A stretch of 64,000 nt of DNA from Octopus sinensis (lineage: Eukaryota). The notes beneath the pieces were generated by a model, which saw only the letters and a program-made list of their open reading frames with translations, made no database searches and was not told the origin of the DNA. Numbering within the stretch: position 1 is the first letter of the stretch; each line of letters begins with the position of its first letter. The position numbers and the translations under genes were made by a program. Positions 1-11,992 of this stretch are shown piece by piece. The stretch covers positions 112,530,001 through 112,594,000 of the forward strand of contig NC_043000.1 of NCBI RefSeq assembly GCF_006345805.1, read 5' to 3'.

Positions 1-173
1 AGCAATTGGTAAAAGTCTTTCAAATTTGATGGTCGCTAGGTTTTGGTGAAAATAGCACAAAAATGTGATAAAATTTTGCCCCCCTCCACACCTGCACATT
101 TTTGGAACTTAAACTAGATCAACTACCTCCCAATACGCACACAGGCAGTGAATGAATGGTAGTAACTGAGAGG

Positions 174-176
<3 letters not shown>

Positions 177-217
<41 letters not shown>
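177..217. repeat. (CA)n microsatellite
   Basis: Pure CA run. Confidence 0.95.
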
Positions 218-222
<5 letters not shown>

Positions 223-750
223 GTGATGCTGTTACGTAGGTGAAGTTAGGGGAGATAACCACCACACTCTCAAAGTGACACAGGTGAGCAAGACCGACTA
301 ATTAAGACAACCCTTAAGACTGACTAATTAATACTGTGTAGCACAAGTTTATGGAGGAAAACTGTTTAATTAACAAGTCTTTTTTTTATATTTGGCAGTT
401 TAAATGTTGTTGCTTCTTTTTATTTATTTATTTATTGTTTTAGTCTTTGACAATATGGACACAGACTTGTCCATATTCCTCAGAGTAATAAATATAAAAA
501 AATATTTTATTTGATTTAATTTGATTATAATTTTATTTTTATAATTTTAATTTTTATTGCCTGATTGCTGTGTTTTTTTTTCTCGTGTGTGTATATATGT
601 ATGTGTGTTTATTTAAAAAAAAAAAACTTTGCTTTATTTTGTTTTATTGTGAAGTGAATGTGAACTAAAATCCAGGTTCCCAGATATGTTTAGACTAAGT
701 GGCTGTTTTGCTGCCAGCATTAGTGTGTCATTCTATCTATCTTCCTACAG

Positions 751-792
751 CACGCATCCCTCACTATTCTCGGTCCGGACTCCGGAAAGCAG
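751..792 (+). CDS. CAMSAP: Candidate 42-nt CAMSAP/Patronin exon (phase 1-1), (x)RIPHYSRSGLRKA
   Basis: Acceptor cttcctacag, donor CAG|GTTTGT. Open in phase 1 and joins the downstream phase-1 exons in frame. No homology recognised, so the assignment rests on splice signals and phase only. Confidence 0.5.
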
Positions 793-1453
793 GTTTGTAC
801 ATAACCAAAGAGACAAATTCTATATATATACGTATATATGTATGCACACATATATATGTATTTATATACTGAAAACAACTGCCGCTGGATTCTGTTCTCT
901 TTCCCAACCAAAGCTCAGGCTCACCCTCCCCTCCTCCCCTTTCATTTACCCTCTTTTTTGTCCCGCCATCTTTCTCTCTCTCATTATCAAAACTTAACTC
1001 ATTGTTTAAATATATTCACTGTTGCACACCGTTTCAATGCTTGCAAACGAAGAAGATATCACAAAAACAATTAAAAAAATTTACAAAGTTGAATGGTTCT
1101 TGGGAAGTGATTGCTTTTCTCAAATTATTTTGGTTATAATCAAAAATAATATGTAATGATATTGTCGTTTGTCATTGTCGTTAGCATGGGTTGGCTGTGT
1201 GTGCAATTTCTTAAATTTGCATGAGTTGTTGTAGCCAATGGCTCACATTAGGCTGCTTTGCAGGATGCTAACCATTCCCCGCAGCCAATTTTTTTCTTTC
1301 TTTGTAAGCCATAAGCTGCTAGGATTAGGTTTCAGTCGAGTTGGTCATGGATGTAACAGAGACTATTGCTGCTGCTGTTGTTGCTGTTGTTGCAGCTCCT
1401 TGGAAAGATATTATTCTCTGATAATATTCCAATCTATGAAGCCGTGTTCCATT

Positions 1454-2014
1454 GGTGCAAGGAGTGGTTATGTGGTATGAAGTTTGCTTCCCAGCCACAT
1501 GGTTCTGGGTTCAGTCTCACTTCATGGTGCTTTAAGTGTCTTCTGCTACAGTCTTGGGTTCACCAGCCTTGTGGGTGGATTTGGTAGATGGAAACTGTAA
1601 GAAGCCTGTCTCATACACGTGTGTGTGTGTGTGTGTGTGTCTGTTCCCCACTGCTGCTTGACAACCAGTGTTGGTGTGTCCTCAGGATATGAAATTATTT
1701 TATTCTATTTTAATAACTTGAAATGTTATTGCTCGGTTAAACTATAACAACAGGACCAAACAGTAATTTAATAATAATATTTATTTCTAGAGATTATTTA
1801 ATATTACTAAGAATTAATTTCTCATCATTTCTAAAATAAACAATTTACTATCCCCGTAACTTAGCAGCTCAGCAGGTGGGATTGATAGAATAAGTACCAG
1901 ATTGAAAACCAAATAAAAAAAAAATCTAAGTCCTGGCATTGATACATTCAACTAAAAGAAAATTCTTCAGGGCAGTGCCCCAGCATGGCCACAGTTTAGT
2001 GACTGAAACAAATA
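1454..2014 (+). mobile_element. tRNA-derived SINE, family B (CORE-like box), interrupted by a ~170-bp insertion
   Basis: Degenerate head, gtagatggaaactgtaagaagcc, (GT)n, ccccgtaacttagc, cagcatggccacagt...gactgaaac tail shared with many copies in the window. Confidence 0.8.
1681..1848 (+). repeat. ~170-bp direct duplicate of 2489-2657
   Basis: Near-identical AT-rich block from ctcaggatatgaaatt to tttac at both positions. Confidence 0.9.
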
Positions 2015-2684
2015 CGTAAAATCTGAAAATGGCCTGTGAATATATTAACTGTGAGTTAAGTTCTTTGAAATAGTCCGATTCCTTTAGTAGAGAAGTTACC
2101 TCAAGTAGCTGCTTCTGCTTTCAAGACGGAGGGGAGAAAAAAAAAATCAGAAAATTCCAAAGCAATAATACTGCCTCACCAATAACCTTTTTTTGATTCT
2201 TGTTTCTGCCTTTTACCGCTCTTCTTACATTCTAGAAAGTTCCCCTTTTTGCTACACAAACAAGGCTAACCAACATTTCACATTGGTTCAACATTTCACC
2301 TGGGGTTATATTTTTGTAATAATTTTCTTAGTTTGCATGAAAATAGGCAGCTTTTTTTTTTATGTATAATTATTGTTATTGCTATTTTAAATTGATATCT
2401 GATTAAAAATAATTAACTAAATCATTGTTTTAATTTACTAATTAAATGTAAAACGTTTGTTCTGGTTTATGAAACTGGAAGGTATGTGCTCAGGATATGA
2501 AATTATTTTATTCTATTTTAATAGATTGTAATATTATTGCTGGGTTAAACTAATAACAACTGGACCAAACAGTAATTTAATAATAATATTTATTTCTAGA
2601 GATTATTTAATATTACTAAGAATTAATTTCTCATAATTTCTAAAATAAACTATTTACCATTATATGCTGAATATATTGTGAACT

Positions 2685-2865
2685 TTACAGTTCTATATTT
2701 AAGAGGTGAGGAATTATATACAATATTTACGTTTACATTTGATGGACATTTGTCTTCATCTTGTCTGTTGTTAACACAATGTTTCAGCTGATATACCCTC
2801 CAGCCTGGTTAAGAGCGTGGGCTACTAACCCCAAGATTCCGAGTTCAATTCCAGGCAGTGGACCC

Positions 2866-2900
<35 letters not shown>

Positions 2901-3029
2901 TCAAAAAATACCTTAGGAACGAGAGCCCAAGTTCGAAATTTCCCGATGAAGGCTGGAGGGTATATCAGCTGAAACAGTGTGTTAGCAACAAACATGATGA
3001 GGATAAATATCTGTCAAATGTAAATAATG
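2685..3029. mobile_element. Family-1 inverted-arm element: tRNA-like head, (AAT)n, hammerhead-family tail; 13-bp TSD
   Basis: Left arm ~2688-2806 is the reverse complement of the right-arm tail. tggttaagagc and gagttcaattcc boxes at ~2807-2850. TSD tatattgtgaact at 2672-2684 and 3030-3042. Confidence 0.75.
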
Positions 3030-3044
3030 TATATTGTGAACTCG

Positions 3045-3180
3045 TGTGACCTAGTGGTTAGGTTCTTGGACTTACAATTCTAAGGCCATGGGTTTGATTC
3101 CTGGGTCAGGTAATTGGGTCCTTGAGCAAGGTACTTCATTTCACATAGCTTCAGTTAGTACCAGCTGAATGCTATTGCAG
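3045..3180 (+). mobile_element. Degenerate tRNA-derived SINE, family C
   Basis: tagtggttag A-box-like motif, gggtttgattcc B-box-like motif, cttgagcaaggtactt box. Confidence 0.6.
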
Positions 3181-3477
3181 CCCTTTCTGTTTCCTACTGG
3201 TGTCATATCGTTAGCATTCTGCTGAATCGGGAGGATGTCTGTCTGTCTTGCAAATTACTAAAGACACCTAAAACAGTTCACAAGATGCTGAGCGTTACAA
3301 TGGAGATGACAAATGACTGAGACGTATGGCACATGGCTGTACTCAGGAAGACCTGCCCACCACAACAGAATCATGGTAAAGCTTGTCTATGAGGAGCCCT
3401 GTCCCGTCAGCCTTCTTCCCTCCTCCCCCATTTCATTCCCTAGCACATTCCTTTTTATGTGATGGTGCCACATAAAA

Positions 3478-3580
3478 AGCCCTGGTGCTGGTGGCACGTA
3501 AAAAGCACCCAGTACACTCTGTACTGGGTGCTTTTTAAGTGGTTAGCAGTAGGAAGAGTAGCCAGCTGTAGAAACCAAGC
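3478..3580 (+). mobile_element. Fragment of the RTE 3'UTR repeat
   Basis: ggtggcacgtaaaaagcaccc...ccagctgtagaaacc, as in the 3' end of the RTE at 19.3-19.5 kb. Confidence 0.65.
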
Positions 3581-4495
3581 CTAGTTGGAATAAATGTCAT
3601 TCTTTCTTCTACATCATAAAATAAGCAATCTATAGTAACTTGGAGTTCAGATACATGTGTGTATATATATATAATTGATTTTTAAATTAGAAATAATAGC
3701 AAGTAAACATTGTGTTTGGATCAATGAAAGCTACTGGAAAGCTTTATCTGCTTTTTACATTATTAAAAATAAATTATTTTACATCTTTCGAAGTGACTGA
3801 ATTCTTAAGGTGTAATCTATATAATCTTGAAAACCCTTTAATCCTTGTCTGTGCTAAGCTTAATATACAGCACCTTAGTTGCTTTTCTAGTAACAGTAGA
3901 AAAGTCTACATCCAATCTCAGGTATTTCCACTGTAGATATACAGCTTATCCTTCCTCTCCTACCTTCCTGTTGGCACAATTCTTTAATGTACCAAAGTTT
4001 CCATTTGCAGACTGTGATTTTATAACTGGACTGGTATTTTCTTAAGTGTTCCTCTCACTATCAACTTGGCGGTTATCTATGGTGCTTCCATTCTCTGTTG
4101 TTGCTATAAACCCAGCACTTCAGGTTTCAGCTCTGTATTCCTTGACTCTTTCCCTTGACCCCTGTCAGTGGAATGACTGACCTTCCAGACCCTCACACAC
4201 CACTGCACAGGTTTCTAATGGCAACTGTGGGCTACGGTCTTTCTGTTGGTTTTCTCTCTTCTTCTAAGATAATCTGAAATTGTATTTGGTGGAGACGCTA
4301 TCACCTGAAACCACTTGTACCAGTAATTCAAAAGGTACAACCTTGTTGTACACTCTGTTGTACTGATTCTGATTGGGAACTAAGCTAAGGGTACACATGA
4401 CTATGGAATACTCAGCCGCTTACGTGCTAATTGGATGAACAATTAATTTGATTAAACAACTAAATCGTCAGTGAATTACCATTGATCAACAGTTG

Positions 4496-4533
<38 letters not shown>

Positions 4534-4534
4534 G

Positions 4535-4995
4535 CCAAAGGCAGTGAGCTGGCAGAATTGTCAGCACGCTTGATGAAATGCTTAGCAGTATTTCACTCGT
4601 CACTACGTTCTGAATTCAAATTCCACTGAGGTCGACTTTGTCTTTCATCTTTGCAGAGTTGATAAATTAAGTACCAGTTGCATACTGGGAAGCGGGGGGG
4701 GGGGGGGCATCTAATTGACTGGCCCCTCCCCCAAATTTCAGGCCTTGTACCTCCAGTAGAAAGGATTATTATTATGTTGGCCAGTTAAGGCAGTGAGCAG
4801 ACAGAATCCATAGCATGTTGGACAAGATGCTCAGCAGCACGTCTTCTGGCTTTATATTCTAAGTTCAAATTCTGCCAAGATGGACTTTACCTTTCATCCT
4901 CTTTGGGTTGATTAAATAAATCCCACTGAAGCACTGGGATTGGTGTAATTGAGTGGCCCAGCTCCCACCAAAATCCCAGGCCTTGTAGAACGGTC
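4535..4995 (+). mobile_element. Two adjacent tRNA-derived SINEs, family A
   Basis: gagctggcagaat...gttctgaattcaaatt...gtcgactttgtctttcatc...aagtaccag motif twice (~4535-4775 and ~4785-4995). Confidence 0.75.
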
Positions 4996-5784
4996 TATTA
5001 TCTCTGCCAGTTGTGATGCTAATACAGATGGATGGACAACAACGGTGCCACCAACACTGACTGTAGACTTAATTCACTTCTTAACTGGCAGTTTGTGGAA
5101 CCAGTTCAATAGAGAGAGCTTTGTGATTATAATTGATTTAAGTTTTCCCAAAGATGTATTCGTTGTTTCATAGAGGGTGATACCCCAACTTAATGACTGG
5201 TATCAGTAAAATAATTAAACTGGAATTTACTAATTTTTAGTCTAACAACTATATAAATATAAACTGAATAGCTTTGTATTAACAATCCCTTCATTATGAA
5301 TTGTTAATTGTTTATTCTGTTTGTATAAGTAAAGACAAAAAAATGTATTTAAGGCCTTTTGGTCAGGGTGTTGCCCTCATGATTGTAAGGTCAAGGTTTA
5401 CTTGAGTAAAACACTTTATTTAACGTTACTTCAGTCTACTCAACTGTAATGGACTGGTGTCACGTTGAGGGTCAATGTTGTGGTTTTGGTCATTTATAAC
5501 TATGGAAACTAGCTGACCAATGCTATGAGTCTTAGGACTCTAGACAATAATGTAGACGGCTTATATACATTAACACATTAATCACTGCAGCCTGTTACTG
5601 GACCTTACTGGTGACACCACATATTTCCAGTGAAAATGTTCAATTACAAGGAAATGGGATTTTTTTTTTTTTGTATTTTTACGATATTTCATAATTAAAC
5701 TTTGGTATTTAGCATTCATGTTAGTTTAAATATCCTGGAATGCATGTCAAAGATACAGAATGAAAATATTTTCTCAAATTCTGA

Positions 5785-6171
5785 CCATCTGAACGTGGCC
5801 GATGCCAGCGCCGCCTTGACTGGCTTCTGTGGTGGCACGTGACCTGCTGTGCTTGAGGAGACCTATTGAGTCAAGTGCATCAACATCAAAATAAATATCA
5901 AATGGAAATTGTAGTTGTGATCCCTGTGCCAGTGGCATGTAAAAAGCACCATCCGGACGTGGCCGTTACCAGCCTCACCTGGCACCTGTGCTGGTGGCAT
6001 GTAAAAAGCACCCACTACACTCACTGAGTGATTGATGTTAGGAAGGGCATCCAGCTGTAGAAACACAGCCAGATCAGACTGGAGCCTGGTGCAGCCTCCT
6101 GGCTTCCCAGATCCCAGTCGAACCGTCCAACCCATGCTAGCACGGAAAACGGATGTTAAATGATGATGATG
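5785..6171 (+). mobile_element. 5'-truncated RTE 3'UTR copy with (ATG)n tail
   Basis: Colinear with 19100-19523; ends cggatgttaaatgatgatgatg. Confidence 0.85.
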
Positions 6172-6736
6172 TACCACTGGCGGTGCATACGAAGGTTGTG
6201 GGAAGTTTGCAGTGAACTCCCATTGGAGACGTGTGGTGGTTAATGTGTTAAAGTAGTCATGTCTTAAAGTTTCTCAGGATAATTTTCAAAGATTACTTGA
6301 AATTTAATTGCGTCTGCATGCCTAATTGCCAAAGCATTGGTCTTGCTTGTTTTTAATGTGGGAATTTGTATAGTTCTAAAAATACTGAATCTTACTGTCA
6401 CCACTTGAAGCCTATGAATATGAAAGATGTCTCTTTATTGCTGTTATTTATATCTTAATTGTTTTATAAATTCTCTGTAAACCGTATTAAACATTAAAAT
6501 TATTTTATAAACCTTGGAACTTTATATTTTTGTAGCCAGTTGTCGTTATTTGAAATGTTTAATTTTATTCTTCTTAATGTACTTTGGAAATTAGTGCAAT
6601 AGTTAAAATCACACTGATTCTAATTAAATAAATTAATTTACATAAATGTATATATTGAATTTCCAATAAAAATGTTATTTTTAAAACTAACCAATCTTCG
6701 GTATAATTTATTTTTCTTTTCTTCTTTTCTTTGTAG

Positions 6737-6808
6737 TGTCAATGAACTTACTGGCAAATCAAGGCAACTCGGGGCGCACTAACTTTGGCAGAAGACCCCC
6801 ATCTCCAG
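6737..6808 (+). CDS. CAMSAP: CAMSAP exon A, 72 nt, phase 1-1: (V)SMNLLANQGNSGRTNFGRRPPSP
   Basis: Strong polypyrimidine tract ending ttgtag; donor CAG|GTATAC. Open frame splices in phase to the 14315 exon. The RRPPSP motif fits the Pro/Ser-rich region upstream of the CKK domain. Confidence 0.8.
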
Positions 6809-7149
6809 GTATACTACTACTTCAGAATTAATCTAATTAGCTCCTATCATTTCTCACCTGCTTCTTGCGTTGGATAAACTTTATCTTAATAGTTCATGTG
6901 AACTGATTTTTTTTCTTTTTCTTTTTTAAATTTGAAATTCTTTACTTGAATGGAATTAGCATTTAGTCCAGACCGGTTGAAACCAGTCCAGTCCAGTCCA
7001 GTCCAGTTCAGCTCAGTTCAGAGCTGAATTTGATTAGTAAAATTGTGCTGAAATTAATACTGGACGAGTCATTAAATTCTTTCTCGTTATAAACAAGGTT
7101 TCTCTAGTTTTGTCTTCCTTCTACAACTTTATATAATAATGATAATAAC

Positions 7150-7440
7150 AACATTGAACTTAATGTTTACAGTGCGCTCAGGTGCACCACAACCCATCAG
7201 AACAAAGTAGCCAAAAGTGCATGGACAGTAAATGAATTGCTAACAAAAAAAAAAAAATAAAGGTTGGGGGACATCAGGTGTACTGTTGGCGAATTTCAGG
7301 AAGTTTTGAAGGACATAGCATCCCAACAGCCAACAACTGATGTGGGTAGTTTATTCCATGCTTCAGCAATTCTGAGTGTGAAAATGAAAAAAATGTTTCT
7401 GAAAGTCATGGGTATTGACTGTAAATTCCCAAATGGTCTG
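7150..7440 (-). mobile_element. CR1-like LINE 3' fragment
   Basis: Matches 15400-15670 (ctcaggtgcaccacaac, gttttgaagga, ttccatgcttcagcaa). Confidence 0.7.
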
Positions 7441-8034
7441 TCACTTGAAAATTGTAGTCGTGATTTATTTTTATTTTTAAAATTAATTTGGATTGAAGAA
7501 TCATGGTTTAGTTCTACAGATCATTTGCACCAACACTGAAATGGTAAATTAACAAACGCTTGGATGTTAGAATCAACCTTGACAGCAGGGAGAGTAGGGG
7601 TTATATATTGTTATGAAGTATATAAAAATAAATTACAGATATTAAACATTTATCAATTATATATAATGTGTAAGTAAAGAAATTAAACCTCACTCATCCA
7701 ATAAATTTAAGAACTTGGTTAGTCTTTTTTCAAAACGTTTTAAGTTTATATTTTAAACTTTAGTGAGTTTCAGATAGAATAAAATTTTGTCTAAATTCAA
7801 AAATTGTCCATTCTGTCACCTACTTGTTACTGGATAATATTAAATAAATTATTTTTCTCCCTCTTCCCGTGTCACCTAATGAAACAATAATCATTTGCAT
7901 GAAGTAAACCTTCCAAATATCGTTGTAAGTCTTGAGACAAACTAACTCCCTGACCCAGGCTGTCGTTAAAGTGACCTAGCCTGAAGATGGAGTTCTAGGA
8001 GGGGCTGTTTTGATTGTTCTTCCTCTTCCTCTAG

Positions 8035-8106
8035 TGATGATGAGCCTATTCACACAACAAAATCACTCTGGTCGTTACGGAACTGGCAGACGGCCACCAT
8101 CCCCAG
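8035..8106 (+). CDS. CAMSAP: CAMSAP exon B, 72 nt, phase 1-1, paralog of exon A: (V)MMSLFTQQNHSGRYGTGRRPPSP
   Basis: Acceptor ttcctcttcctctag, donor CAG|GTAAAT. Same length and phase as exon A with shared M...Q..SGR...GRRPPSP. Confidence 0.8.
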
Positions 8107-8758
8107 GTAAATATTCTTTGTTCATCCGACTGCATGTGGCAGTTTTACTGCTTCCGACGTACAAACATCTCTGTAGATACTAGTTGGGGACTGACTCTTG
8201 GCATGATAGAAACGGTGATGGTGGGTGTAGTGACAAAGCTATAGTTGCTGTAGATGGTGGTGGTGGTGCTGATGGGATCTAGACACTTTACATCACTTTT
8301 AGTTTTGTAGTATTCTTTTTATACACTTTTCACCACATTTTTAGTCTTTACTTTGAAAGAATTGTTGATTGGGAGCTCTGATGTTTGTGTTAATGTGATT
8401 CTGTAATTGATCAGAGTTGACCATTTATCAGGAATCCCTTCTTCCATTCTGTATATGGTTATATAGTTCTATGAATTGTCTTGAATTTCATATTGCAGTT
8501 TGATAACATTAACTGCTGACACCTCTAGTGTTTATTCACAGCAGTGTCTGTCTGTACGTCTTGTTCTACAACTCACTTAACCCAGTCAAGACGTTTGACT
8601 TAGGGTTGATGCTTGACTTTTGGTTGACATTGAAAGTATTTCAGATTTAAGAAGAATGTTTTTACTGTAAAATCTTGAGTAAAAATCAGTATTGAGAATA
8701 CATTACAAATGCCATGTTTACGTTGACAATGGAGTCGTTGAGAAATAATTACAGTTCC

Positions 8759-8997
8759 TGTTGTCTGGGGAGAGTCATTTTCTTTTTGTGCCTTATAATT
8801 TAACACACTCACCGGTAAAGTTTCTACTTTTTTCTTATTTTTATTGTCCTAAAATTTTCGTTGTGTCTTGCAACCTTTTCAATAGTCTTGACTCTCTTAT
8901 AAGGCACAAAAAGAAAATGACTCTCCCCAGACACAACAGAATATGCTTCAACACACGAACTCATATAAAGAATCTTGCAAACCAAATCCAAAAACGA
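8759..8997. mobile_element. Family-3 inverted-arm element with ~12-bp TSD
   Basis: Minus arm ~8760-8888 and plus arm ~8897-9000 share ttataaggcac...ccccagac in inverted orientation. Flanks aattacagttcc (8747-8758) and aattacaattcc (8998-9009). Confidence 0.75.
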
Positions 8998-9029
8998 AAT
9001 TACAATTCCATTTAGGGAAGAAGTTGGTG

Positions 9030-9200
9030 CACTGGCAGAATCGTTAGCATGTTGGAAAAAATGTATTGTTGCATCTCTTGCAGCTCTTTATGTTCCGAGT
9101 TCAAATCCTACTAGGATTTAAAAAATAAAATGCCAGTCAGGTGCAGGGGGTCATGCATTCGACTTGTCCCCGCCCCTCTCTTCCCTCTGAAATGCTTACT
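9030..9200 (+). mobile_element. Degenerate SINE, family A
   Basis: ctggcagaatcgttagcatg...gttccgagttcaaatcc. Confidence 0.6.
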
Positions 9201-10986
9201 TTAGAGGAGATTGTTGTGATCTTGATCACTCGTATGTCATAGAAACTGTGTGACCAGTTTTAGGAGTCCTAGAACCCAAGAGAAATGAAAACCCGAATGT
9301 GGGGATGGCAAGGGTGGTGGGTGTTGAGCGTGTGTTCAACATTAAGTCCTCTACATCAATCATTGACAACACTACATCAGCAACTAAAATGTTATTGGAT
9401 TGCATGTTACATCTGTGCATGTTTCTAGCTAGGGGCCCCTTCTCTTCAAGTTTCACCATAACTCTGCACATGTTTACATAGGCCTGGGCATGTTTCTACA
9501 ACCCTTAAAATATAGAGACTTCTCATAAGCAACAGTCTTAAAAACAATATTATCTTCTCCTCATTACTACTAATTAATGATGTACCTTTTAATCTGAATA
9601 TAAGTATGGAATTTTCAGGACCAGTTATTGATTAAATCACAAATTAACTACAGCTTTATTTGAAAGGCTGTTCTGCTAGTTTAGTGATAATTTCAGAACT
9701 GGAGCTGATAATTGATCAAGTTGTTGTATTGCTAATGAGTAATTAGCTTGGCCTGTTGGTGTCTTCTCCACTTAGCATCTAAAGATAATTTCTGTCTTGG
9801 GTTAGTTTTATATACGAAGACAACAGGATGGTCACAGCTGGACTAGCTTTGTTCATATACCTGCCACTCTGATGCTAACAACAATTTTTGAAACCCATTA
9901 GGTCTTCAAATATTAAAAAAAATATATATTTTGAAGATTTTATGAGTTTCTAACAGTTAATGCTCTTCAAAACGCCCAAATAAATTGATAAGGTTTTAGG
10001 AAACCTTGCAAGATTCTTAATTTTTTGCTAAGAAAATCCCTCAAACTTAGTTATTTCACAAATTTTGAAGAGCAGATGCAAACCTAGTATCGAACGTTCA
10101 TAGAATTTAGTATAAAAATTAAAGGTTTTTAAACATTCGCCCCAAATGCTGATGTGCTCTGGTAACTAGTTGTTGTAAGGGAGATAATCATGTCTAGACA
10201 AATCTTGGCAGGAATACAAGTTGGAATTTGAAATTTAAGAAAAAGGAAGAAGATATTTAATTTTTTTTTTGTTTTTGTTTTCTCATTACGAAGTTTATTG
10301 TATTTTTGTAAAGTTTTACCAAAATAGCTGCCTGGATTCCTTGAAATACTTAGAATTTAGAAACAGCTCTGGGATAACGGGGACTCATTATAGACTGTAG
10401 CTGAGCATTGAATATCGGTGAAGGTTTGGTGAAGAGGAAATTGAAATCTAAACACCTTTTTTCAGAGTATAGTTTTCGGTTTTCGTCTGTGTTTGTCTCT
10501 TATGCATTCAAATGAAAATTATTACTTCCTTTTTTTTTTCTTTTTTTAATTATATCTCACTTTAAATTGTGTCTCTACTTAAAATGCTCTCTTGTCCAGG
10601 TTAAAAATGTTAGGGACGCAAGAATTTAGTTGTTAAGGGTTCCAAAATTTCATTATGATTGTCTGTGTGACTACATATTTATAGATATCGGTGCTGCTCC
10701 CTCCGCCCTCTTTCCGCACACACACCACACACACACACCACACACATACCACACACACACACACACACACACACACTGTATATGCTGGCATATAAGAAGA
10801 CCTTTTAACCTTCAGACAAAGCAAAGAACCTCTTTCACCAAAATAGGCTGCTGTCTGATACACATGCTATAAAATGTGACCCCAAGTTTTCCATAAGTTG
10901 TTACCTCAACTAATGGTTGATGGCTAGTTAAGTAATTTAATAATACATCTTATATATCTCCCCAGTTATCCTATATTCTGATATAT

Positions 10987-10989
<3 letters not shown>

Positions 10990-11056
<67 letters not shown>
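10990..11056. repeat. (CA)n microsatellite
   Basis: Pure CA run. Confidence 0.95.
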
Positions 11057-11058
<2 letters not shown>

Positions 11059-11523
11059 GAGCTACTTTATAGTTTCGTGTTTTAAGGTAAATTAAATTGG
11101 CAGGTATATATAGCATGCCAGGTATCTCCAAGAATGTTGTGTGTACCTGCTAATTTGATGTATCTCTAAAGCATGAAACTAGCTCACCTGTTATTAAATT
11201 AATATTTATCTCTCACTAGATAGAATACCTTTCTTTGTCGATCCTGCCTACATTGGATCTGTAAATTCTATATATTGCATGGTCATCTTCATTACTCTCC
11301 TCTCACCTGTTCTTCGTTATGTAATGAATGTCAGTTGATGATTGACTGCATGGTAACATTCCACTTCAGTAATCTCTCTGGTATCTCTCCCTCTTTCTCT
11401 CTCTGCCTCTCTCTCTCTCTCTCTCATCTGTTTGCAATGTTTACTTTTAACTAATGATGCAACTAAATTCCTTTAAATCGCATCAAAACAATGTATGAAA
11501 AGGAGAATGCAGTCCCAGGTAGA

Positions 11524-11746
11524 CAGGGTTGGCCAAAAGTCACCTGACAGTAAATCAAAACCATTTAATTCCTAGATTAAAACAAAAAATTATTTTATAG
11601 ACAAATGTTGAAAAAAATAAAATGGTGATTTTTAACTTGCAGCATTCAATTATCAAAGATTCATAATTAGAATGAATAAATAAAATTCAATATTAAGTAT
11701 TTATGGGATTTTTGATTTACTGTCTGGTGACTTTTGGCCAACCCTA
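11524..11746. mobile_element. Tc1/mariner-type MITE
   Basis: ~35-bp TIRs: cagggttggccaaaagtcacc(t/a)gacagtaaatcaaaa and its reverse complement. The TA TSD is degenerate. Confidence 0.8.
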
Positions 11747-11762
11747 TCTGAAAGGTCCAGAT

Positions 11763-11992
11763 CAGTGGTTTTCAATCATTTTTCTTCCCATATGGTTCCC
11801 TTTTATTCCTATTTTACTCTGCTGGACCCCCACAACCATTGTTTTGATAAAATCATATTATATCATCAGAATGAAATATTAAGAATTTAATTTTTTTAAA
11901 ATCTGTTAAAATGTTTTATGTAGAAGTGTAAGCCATTTTCAGATGAATTTTAACAACAAAATTCTATTATAGACCCTGGTTGAGAATCACTG
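11763..11992. mobile_element. hAT (Charlie-like) MITE
   Basis: TIRs cagtggttttcaa and ttgagaatcactg; 8-bp TSD gtccagat/ggccagat (7 of 8 match). Confidence 0.8.

Noticed and set aside
250-283. Possible CAMSAP exon ending ...SQSDTG before a CAG|GTGAGC donor
   Set aside because: An in-frame TAA lies just upstream and no phase-compatible acceptor was found.
2807-2850. tRNA-like arms here and in SINE heads
   Set aside because: No complete cloverleaf or acceptor stem; these are repeat heads, not tRNA genes.
3871-3921. 51-nt AG/GT-bounded segment in the CAMSAP intron
   Set aside because: It has a stop codon in phase 1, the phase required by the flanking exons.
11220-11260. Acceptor-like site followed by DRIPFFVDPAYIG
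   Set aside because: No donor gives a frame-preserving exon, and read-through hits a stop.
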